From the NCBI GenBank assembly GCA_947625885.1, contig CANQQA010000004.1, forward strand, positions 1,838-65,837: a stretch of 64,000 nucleotides of DNA. Direction: 5' to 3'. Position 1 is the first letter of the stretch. Each line of letters opens with the position of its first letter. This document shows, in pieces, positions 57,727-64,000 of the stretch. The notes beneath the pieces are model-generated. The model saw only the letters and a list, made by a program, of their open reading frames with translations, was not told where the DNA came from and did not search any database. The DNA is from an uncultured Bacteroidales bacterium (GTDB lineage: Bacteria > Bacteroidota > Bacteroidia > Bacteroidales > UBA11471). A program made the position numbers and the translations under genes.

Positions 57727-58857
57727 ATGCGGAAGTTTATCGGCAGCATATTATTCCTCGTTGCGGCAGGAGCGGCGCAGGCAGCCGAGAGCGACAGCAT
57801 CGCTCCGGCATTGCCCACCGACGTCTATGCCGACTACATGGTCGTTACCCCGGGCGACGGCTTCACCTCCATGCTCGGACACGCCGCCATTCGTATGTAC
57901 TGCCCTTCCGCAGGTCTCGACTACTGCTTCACCCACAAGTCGCCCGAGATAGGGAACGAATTTACCGCCATGACTCTCCGCACCCTCCTTTCCGGTCTCG
58001 TGCCGGAGCCTACCGCCATGTTCGTCGACGACTACCGGAGCGAAGGACGCGGCATCAGCCGCTACCGGCTGCGCCTTACCGTAGAGGAGGCACGCCGGCT
58101 CTGGAAACTTCTCGACGACGAAGTGGCTCGGGGATTGCACCGGCACATGGACTACATACGCAGCGGCTGCGCCCAAGAGGCGTTTGCCATGATACAAAGA
58201 GCGGTCGCCGGTCGAAACATCGACTTCGACCGTCTTGCCGACGAATCCATCGCCGACGATACCCGCCGCCTGATTTCGGCACACTACCTCAACCTACGGC
58301 AGTGGAAAGACTTTGCCGCCTACACTCTTTACGGCGGCTCTGTCGACGAAACCGTGCAAGGCGCCGAGAAGTTCATCATGCCCCTCGACATAGCGAACGT
58401 ACTCGAAAAAGCCGGATTGGCAGAGGCGCCCGAAACCGTCTGCACACCCGCTGCCGAAAACACGCCTCCGGCGGTTACGCCGCTTCTGTGCGCAATCATT
58501 TTCTTCGTGTTGTGCCTCCTGCCGCTGCAAAACCGCATCGTCAACCGCACGCTCTCGGTCACCCACTTTCTCGTAGGCATACTCATCGCCTATATGGTGT
58601 TCATCGCCCGTACCCCCGGCACCGAATGGAATTGGCTGGTACTCATTTTCAATCCCGTTCCGTTCCTCATTTCGCCGTGGGCAGGTCGCCGCACCCACAT
58701 GGCATACTGCGGCATACTGTTTGCCTTTTTGGTGTTCATGCTTGCGTGCCTCGGACGTATGTTCTGCATCGAACAGGTGCTTATCGTAGCGGGCGTATTT
58801 ATACGAACTATTTACAAAACATTTAATATTAACCTTCTAAAATCAAAAGTAAAATGA
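57727..58857 (+). CDS. Membrane protein with a DUF4105-like periplasmic domain and about 5 C-terminal TM helices
   Basis: Signal peptide. The segment SMLGHAAIRMYCP resembles the DUF4105/Lnb N-terminal GH(S/T)xxR core. The C-terminal third is hydrophobic, with five Cys inside predicted TM segments. The family name is tentative. Confidence 0.55.
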   Translation: MRKFIGSILFLVAAGAAQAAESDSIAPALPTDVYADYMVVTPGDGFTSMLGHAAIRMYCPSAGLDYCFTHKSPEIGNEFTAMTLRTLLSGLVPEPTAMFVDDYRSEGRGISRYRLRLTVEEARRLWKLLDDEVARGLHRHMDYIRSGCAQEAFAMIQRAVAGRNIDFDRLADESIADDTRRLISAHYLNLRQWKDFAAYTLYGGSVDETVQGAEKFIMPLDIANVLEKAGLAEAPETVCTPAAENTPPAVTPLLCAIIFFVLCLLPLQNRIVNRTLSVTHFLVGILIAYMVFIARTPGTEWNWLVLIFNPVPFLISPWAGRRTHMAYCGILFAFLVFMLACLGRMFCIEQVLIVAGVFIRTIYKTFNINLLKSKVK

Positions 58858-60224
58858 AAAAAATCTGTTCATTTCTCTTTTTCGTCCTTCTCTGCTCCAA
58901 CGCTTTTGCAGAGGGCGACGGTAATTACTATTGGTTCTACGACAGAGTAGAAGCCGCCCCTACGGGCAAAGGCGTCGTCTACGCTGCCGAAAGCAGCGAC
59001 CCCCAACCGGCAGAGAACGATTACCAAGAGTCCGTTGAGGTGAAATTTTCCGCACAAGGTTACCCCGACGACGATATATACGCATGGGCAAAACCTGCCG
59101 AGGGGTATCAGTTTGCCGGCTGGTTTTCTTCGGCTACCGACGAAACGACGCTGGAAGAACTGCTATCCGATGCCGATTCCGCTGCAACACTCGATGTTAC
59201 CACAGCTTATGTTTCCGAAGACGAATCTGCTAATGCATGGGGATTCACACCCGATACTACTTTTTACGGCATCTTCACCAAGGTTGTCGTTCAAGCTCCC
59301 GATGTCGATTGCGTAGGGTCGGCAACCATCAGCAAAGTAGCCAATGACACGGGCGACGAAATAACGCTCACCGCCACGCCCGCCAATGAAACCGTAAAAT
59401 TCGATTATTGGCTCGATTCCAAAGGAAACAAGGTAGAAACCAACCCCTATACATTCACGGTATCCGACGTAGAAACCTATAAAGCGCACTTCTCGGGCGA
59501 CTCCATCATCACCATCGACTTCGGCGAAGGCAAATACATTCCGTTCTCCAACATCTATTCGGCAAATTTTACATCGGGCATAACCCAATATTCCTATATT
59601 AAAACGACGTCTTTTACGGAAAACGGACATACCTACAACTACGACGAAACGTCAAACACGTGGGCATATTATAATGAGGAGAATAGTTTCATAGAATACC
59701 CCGGTACTCCCCAATTAGAATCCACCTACGCACTTATAGAGTGGGCGTCCTACATTGATTATGATGCAGGCTCCGGCATCATACTCTACGGCGAAGGCGA
59801 ACAGTACATCGTTTTCCACAAAGACGAAGACCCCAATCCGTACCCCAGTTTCATAGTAGGCACCGCTGAAGGCGAAGTGAATATTGCCGAGCTGCCCGCT
59901 GCCGATGAAGAAGGCAACGCCATCACCTATTACACGTTCGACGGCACAGATTTCGTGAAAGCGACCACCGGTATCGTGAAGCAAGGTGAGTGCTATCTCG
60001 CCCTTGACGCATCACACCACCCGCTGCCCGACAAAATTCCTTTCACGGAAGACGTTGAAAAATATGAAGAAATGGCAGGCATAGATGCCCCGACGGTCGA
60101 TGCTCCCGCCGCTCTTGCCGCTCCCGCTGTGAAAGGCATCTACACCATCGACGGCAAACGGATTGCCCGACCGATCAAAGGCGCCATCAACATCATCGAC
60201 GGAAAGAAAGTATTTGTCAAGTAA
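58854..60224 (+). CDS. Secreted protein with two divergent InlB-B-repeat-like modules
   Basis: Signal peptide (LLCSNAFA). Modules contain AEGYQFAGWFS and ITLTATPANETVKFDYWLDSKGNKVETNPYTFTVSDVETYKAHF. The C-terminal strand-rich tail is GIYTIDGKRIARPIKGAINIIDGKKVFVK. Start overlaps the upstream stop (ATGA). Confidence 0.62.
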   Translation: MKKICSFLFFVLLCSNAFAEGDGNYYWFYDRVEAAPTGKGVVYAAESSDPQPAENDYQESVEVKFSAQGYPDDDIYAWAKPAEGYQFAGWFSSATDETTLEELLSDADSAATLDVTTAYVSEDESANAWGFTPDTTFYGIFTKVVVQAPDVDCVGSATISKVANDTGDEITLTATPANETVKFDYWLDSKGNKVETNPYTFTVSDVETYKAHFSGDSIITIDFGEGKYIPFSNIYSANFTSGITQYSYIKTTSFTENGHTYNYDETSNTWAYYNEENSFIEYPGTPQLESTYALIEWASYIDYDAGSGIILYGEGEQYIVFHKDEDPNPYPSFIVGTAEGEVNIAELPAADEEGNAITYYTFDGTDFVKATTGIVKQGECYLALDASHHPLPDKIPFTEDVEKYEEMAGIDAPTVDAPAALAAPAVKGIYTIDGKRIARPIKGAINIIDGKKVFVK

Positions 60225-60236
60225 TTGGCATATATC

Positions 60237-61316
60237 ATGAAAAACCTTTTTTCAATTTTATTTTTGACAGTCTGCTGTGCCGTGTCGGCACAGCAGACTT
60301 TCTGCATACACGGCAAGGTGAAAGGGCTTAAAGCCGGCGTGGAAATCGCGGTACTGTCTCACGAAAACACAGGCGAAACCATCGCCACCGCCACCGTGCA
60401 GAAAAACGGGAAATTCTTCATCGAAGGTCATGTAGACCACCCGACTCTCTGCACCCTCACCACCACCAACCTCGATATGCTGGGCGACAAAATCGCCCAA
60501 AACAACTACAAAGACGTGAAATGGACTTACACACCCGTCTTCGTCGACAACTCCGACATGACCATCGAGGTGCCCTCTTACGACCTCGTGCCCGATGCTC
60601 CGGAGTCGGAACACTTCCACATCACGGGCAGCGCCACACACCGCGAATACTGCGAGTACACGGCACGCTGCGGCAGCCACGACCCGAAATTCGACGACGC
60701 CATACGGTTCATTGCGGAGCACCCGACGTCGGTGGTTTCGGTCTACGCCGCCAACCTTATGCTTACCAACGGCTACAACCTCACCGCCGAACAGATACAC
60801 GAATTGCAAACGACCATCACCGGCTGCCCCGCCGACACGGCGCGCTACAACCTTTTCGTGCGCCGGGCACACATCGCCGAGCTGACCGCCGTAGGCAATC
60901 CTATCGTGGATCTCGACCTCATCACCCCCGAAAATGCACGCCGACAGCTCGCCGACATCGTCAAGGAGCACGAAGGGAAATACCTGCTCATCGACTTCTG
61001 GGCATCGTGGTGCGGCATCTGCCGGGCTTCGACGCCGTACATCAAAGTCATGTACGACAAGTACGACCGCAGCCGTTTCGACGTCATTTCCGTCTCCTGC
61101 GACGAGAACGACAACGCTTGGCGCACCGCCATGGAGAAAGACCAAATGGCGTGGAAACAGTACTGCCTCACGCCCGAAGGGTACAAACGTTTTTTCGAAT
61201 GCTACCAGCTCATCGGCGTTCCTTACTACCTGCTCGTCTCTCCCGACGGCAAAGTCATCGGAAATCCGTCGGGCACCGAAGCTATCGAAACACTGGTTTC
61301 GCAGGCGTTGGAATAA
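60237..61316 (+). CDS. TlpA-like thiol-disulfide oxidoreductase with an atypical CGIC active site
   Basis: Signal peptide (MKNLFSILFLTVCCAVSAQQ), a DUF4369-like N-terminal beta-sandwich (FCIHGKVKGL), and a thioredoxin domain with LIDFWASWCGICRAS and a cis-Pro region (LIGVPYYLLV). The track start at 60225 is TTG. ATG at 60237 is preferred. Confidence 0.85.
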   Translation: MKNLFSILFLTVCCAVSAQQTFCIHGKVKGLKAGVEIAVLSHENTGETIATATVQKNGKFFIEGHVDHPTLCTLTTTNLDMLGDKIAQNNYKDVKWTYTPVFVDNSDMTIEVPSYDLVPDAPESEHFHITGSATHREYCEYTARCGSHDPKFDDAIRFIAEHPTSVVSVYAANLMLTNGYNLTAEQIHELQTTITGCPADTARYNLFVRRAHIAELTAVGNPIVDLDLITPENARRQLADIVKEHEGKYLLIDFWASWCGICRASTPYIKVMYDKYDRSRFDVISVSCDENDNAWRTAMEKDQMAWKQYCLTPEGYKRFFECYQLIGVPYYLLVSPDGKVIGNPSGTEAIETLVSQALE

Positions 61317-61337
61317 CCCGCCGTTTTCTCAAAAAAC

Positions 61338-61369
61338 AAAGGCATACAGAGTTTTCCGTATGCCTTTTT
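61338..61369 (+). terminator. Rho-independent terminator closing the eight-gene operon
   Basis: 10-bp stem AAAGGCATAC / GTATGCCTTT (61338-61347 and 61358-61367) running into TTTTT. Lies 22 nt past the stop at 61316. Confidence 0.75.
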
Positions 61370-61426
61370 CTTATCCCCTTGCACGAGATTTTGCCGACAA
61401 ACTCTCGCCGGATAATCATTTTATAT

Positions 61427-61434
61427 TACCTTTG
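61427..61434 (+). promoter_or_regulatory. -7 box TACCTTTG upstream of the GtrA-like gene
   Basis: Lies 17 nt upstream of the ATG at 61451. Confidence 0.35.
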
Positions 61435-61450
61435 CGTGTCGATTACGCAC

Positions 61451-61870
61451 ATGGACGAGCAAGGAAAACCGAAAACGAAAAAAGAGATTTTGCGCTTCTG
61501 CATCACGGGAGCCACCATCACGGCGGTGCTGTACGGCATTTACTACGCCATGCTGTACGTGGGGTTCAGCGTCGATATTTCTTTTACGACCGGATTTGTG
61601 GTCAGCTTCATCTGCAACTTCCTGCTCACCAACTACTACACGTTCCACACCCCTATCGACGCGGAGAACGCCCTGCGCTTCACCCTGTGTCAGGCGCTCA
61701 ATTTTCTGATGCAGTATGCGGCGTTGAAACTTTTTGTGGCGCTCGGGGTACCGGAGGAGGTTGCCCTCGTGCCCGTGTGGGTCGTCATTTTCCCTATCAA
61801 TTTCCTGCTGATGCGCAAGCTGCTGCGGTCGCAGCGGTTCCGCATTCACAAAACGAAAAAGAATCCGTAA
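61451..61870 (+). CDS. GtrA-family membrane protein
   Basis: 139 aa with four TM helices and the GtrA pattern (LRFCITGATITAVLYGIYY ... NFLLTNYYTF). It is only the 3' third of the 449-aa track ORF. The upstream part overlaps the thioredoxin gene out of frame. Confidence 0.82.
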   Translation: MDEQGKPKTKKEILRFCITGATITAVLYGIYYAMLYVGFSVDISFTTGFVVSFICNFLLTNYYTFHTPIDAENALRFTLCQALNFLMQYAALKLFVALGVPEEVALVPVWVVIFPINFLLMRKLLRSQRFRIHKTKKNP

Positions 61871-61904
61871 CTGCCGTTTTCGCACGGCGCGGCAGACCGG
61901 CGGC

Positions 61905-62741
61905 TCACTCCGCCCGCAAGCGCAGGTAAGCGCGGTCGTCGAACGACGTCTGCCCCTGCATCACACCTTTGGTCGATTTGAAAATACGGAAACAGTGCGG
62001 GTCGTCGTGCAGAATCTGCCGCAGGCGGCGCTCCGACTCTTCGAGCGTGGGCAGCACCGCCGGATAACCGTCGGAGGCGAGCACCACCTCCTGCCCCGCC
62101 TCTACGGCATAACAGCGCACATCGGGCGCATAGGGCGGGAAGCCGTCGAGCACGCCGTAGGCAAACGGCGTATCGGGCTCCGTAGGATTCTGCGCGTGGT
62201 ACTGCTGCAACAGTGCCTCCCGTATGGCTTCGCGCCCCACATCGTGCACAAAAAGAGCTTCGGGCGCACCACCCTGCGCCAAGTAGCTTTCTATCGCCTC
62301 GGCGCGGCGGGAAGACAAAAGCGTGTCTATCGCTTTTTCGTGCCGGTATTCGGCACCGCCGATGCGCAGACGGCAATCGCCCACCGACCAGACTTCGCGA
62401 CGGGCATCGCTATATACGACCGCCGACGCCGTCAGGCGGCAGGAGGCATCGGCGCGGGCACGGTCGAGCAAACGATGTTCCCGATAAAATCGGACAAACA
62501 TTTCATTTGCGCGGGCGATAAACGCGGAGCAATCGGCATCGGCAGGCAGGTCGGCAAGAAGCCGCACCAACAGCGACGCCGCCACCCGCCCGGGCGTGCG
62601 ACCGGAAAAGCGAAAGGAAGTTTTCGACGTGGCGCCATCGACGATGGCGGCAAAATGCGGAGTAACGGCAAGGGCGTCTTCACACCGTTCGGGGTCATCG
62701 AATTTTCCGACCGCATACTGCTCGATTACGGTGAATGCCAT
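61905..62741 (-). CDS. Hypothetical protein, possibly PP2C-like phosphatase fold
   Basis: 278 aa, cytoplasmic. The segments CEDALAV...AAIVDGATSKT and VVLASDGY loosely resemble the metal-binding Asp motifs of PP2C_2-type proteins. The functional call is weak. Confidence 0.45.
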   Translation of the reverse strand: MAFTVIEQYAVGKFDDPERCEDALAVTPHFAAIVDGATSKTSFRFSGRTPGRVAASLLVRLLADLPADADCSAFIARANEMFVRFYREHRLLDRARADASCRLTASAVVYSDARREVWSVGDCRLRIGGAEYRHEKAIDTLLSSRRAEAIESYLAQGGAPEALFVHDVGREAIREALLQQYHAQNPTEPDTPFAYGVLDGFPPYAPDVRCYAVEAGQEVVLASDGYPAVLPTLEESERRLRQILHDDPHCFRIFKSTKGVMQGQTSFDDRAYLRLRAE

Positions 62742-62753
62742 ACAGGGGAAAAA

Positions 62754-64000
62754 TCAGTCGTTAAGACGTTTGAGAACATTGTACGCCGACACGATGCCCA
62801 ACTCGCCCGCCTTGCTCAGGTCGGCAATGCCGGCATCGTTCCGACCCAGATAGATATAGACCAACCCGCGATTGTAGTAGGCTTCGGCAAAATCGGGGTC
62901 GCGCTCTATGGCGGCGGTGTAATCGGCAACGGCAGCGGTGAAATCCTGCCTGCCGCAGCGCACGTTGGCACGGTTGTAGTAGTTGTAGGCAAAATCGGGA
63001 GCAAGGGCGATGGCGCGCTCATAGTCGAGCAGTACCATTTCGTAATCGACCGACGAGGGGTCGCGCACCAAACCGAGCTCGACGAGTTTCTGCGATTGCA
63101 CCGTCCGCTCCGTTCCGCCCTTCAAGCGGTTGTCGTCGCTCCATGCCGAACGGTTGTATTCGATTTGACGCTGGCGGACAAAAGCCCGCACGAAGTAGGC
63201 GAACATGAACGAAGGACTCAGCTCGACCACGCGGTCGAGGTCGCTCAACGCATTGTCGTAATCCTGTAAAAGCATGAAGTCGATAGCCCTGCCGAAATAG
63301 GGCACGGGATTGGTGGGCGAAATGTCGATAAGGCGGGAATAGTCGGACACCGACGTGAAATGCGTGCGGGCTTGCGCCGAATCGAGCGGCTGCACGGAAT
63401 TGGTGAGCAGCAAACGGCGGCGCAGCAGGCGGGTGTTGTTGAGGGCTGCCAGTTCCGGCACGAACGCAATCGTGCGGCGCACGTTGTCGCCCCGCTCGTA
63501 GTAGGTGAGCGAGTAAGGCGGGAGTATCTCCACCTTGCTCGAACGGTCTTGTATGCGTCCGCGTATCTCGCTGGAATATTTCTGATCGACGCCGGCAGTG
63601 TTGTCAGCCACCAACAGGCGGTCGAATTTGTTGATGTTCTTGTCCGACTCTTTGCGCACGCGGTCGGCTTCGGCGAGCGCTTCGTCATCGGGCGACGCCG
63701 TTTTCGATTTTTCATACAGCGCCATCGCCTTGTCGTAATCCTGCTTGCCGCCTGCCGTGTCGCCCGACTTGCGCTTGGCTTCGGAACGGGCGTAATAGCC
63801 TTGATAAAAATCGGGATAAGCCTCCAACACCTTATCGAAGTCGGGTATCGCCTCCCGATATTTGCCCAGCTCGCTCAACAATACGGCACGGTTGTAACGC
63901 GCCAGCAAATTGTCGGGTTCGTGGCGGATATAGTAATCGAAATCGTTGAGCGCATCGTTTTTGGCACCGACGGCAAAAGAGAGCAAGCCGCGGTTGTAAC
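62754..64000 (-). CDS. Tetratricopeptide-repeat protein (5' end beyond the right edge)
   Basis: Repeated TPR units (YYNRGLVYIYLGRNDAGIADLSKA, AYNYYNRANVRCGRQDFTAAVADYTAAIERDPDFAEAYY, and others). The frame stays open to position 64000 (..YNRG before the TTG the track called as a start). Confidence 0.8.
   Translation of the reverse strand, partial: YNRGLLSFAVGAKNDALNDFDYYIRHEPDNLLARYNRAVLLSELGKYREAIPDFDKVLEAYPDFYQGYYARSEAKRKSGDTAGGKQDYDKAMALYEKSKTASPDDEALAEADRVRKESDKNINKFDRLLVADNTAGVDQKYSSEIRGRIQDRSSKVEILPPYSLTYYERGDNVRRTIAFVPELAALNNTRLLRRRLLLTNSVQPLDSAQARTHFTSVSDYSRLIDISPTNPVPYFGRAIDFMLLQDYDNALSDLDRVVELSPSFMFAYFVRAFVRQRQIEYNRSAWSDDNRLKGGTERTVQSQKLVELGLVRDPSSVDYEMVLLDYERAIALAPDFAYNYYNRANVRCGRQDFTAAVADYTAAIERDPDFAEAYYNRGLVYIYLGRNDAGIADLSKAGELGIVSAYNVLKRLND

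Noticed and set aside
60521-61450. The 5' two-thirds of the 449-aa ORF 60521-61870, and the parallel 331-aa ORF 60934-61929.
   Set aside because: They run out of frame across the thioredoxin gene and through its terminator. They are Arg/Pro/His-rich. Only the last 139 codons (from ATG 61451) look like a real GtrA-like protein.
1-64000. Search for mobile elements, prophage or defence islands, tRNA/rRNA genes and toxin-antitoxin pairs.
   Set aside because: I recognised no integrase, transposase, recombinase, phage structural, restriction-modification or Cas-like proteins in any frame. The only long non-coding stretches (at most about 314 nt) show no cloverleaf-like tRNA features. No long terminal direct or inverted repeats were seen by eye. 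This is a visual inspection only, so short or degenerate elements could have been missed.

Overview
The window is a chromosomal segment from a Bacteroidota (Bacteroidales-type) genome. Three things support that: SusC/SusD pairs, many lipoproteins with a signal peptide plus lipobox Cys, and TAnnTTTG -7 promoter boxes in AT-rich intergenic DNA between visibly GC-rich genes. The genus cannot be determined without a search. I see no rRNA, tRNA, CRISPR array, integrase or transposase.

Layout:
(1) 1-16478, minus strand. A Sus-like locus with two SusC/SusD pairs, three fasciclin (FAS1) lipoproteins and one unclassified hydrolase-like lipoprotein.
(2) 16793-24478, minus strand. The rhamnose catabolic genes rhaB-rhaA-rhaT-rhaD are followed directly by GH105 and GH28 genes.
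(3) 24679-35659, minus strand. A rhamnogalacturonan-type accessory enzyme set (GH106-like, GH2, CE12, a second GH105, a SASA-type acetylesterase) is interrupted by ilvE and an HD-domain gene.
(4) 35838-49553. Housekeeping and surface genes: DUF4301-like, relA/spoT, aroC, M20 peptidase, radical SAM, lpxB, YdeI-like, and two different LRR proteins.
(5) 49821-61316, plus strand. A tight eight-gene operon: SusC, SusD, an unknown lipoprotein, a FISUMP lipoprotein, a thioredoxin (WCGPC), a DUF4105-like Cys-rich membrane protein, an InlB-B-repeat secreted protein and a second thioredoxin (WCGIC). It encodes no CAZyme and no regulator. This is my best candidate for an uncharacterised system.
(6) 61451-64000. 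GtrA-like, PP2C-like and TPR genes.

All functional calls come from motif recognition in the translated ORFs and from gene context. No database search was possible. The many long antisense ORFs in the track are treated as compositional artefacts.
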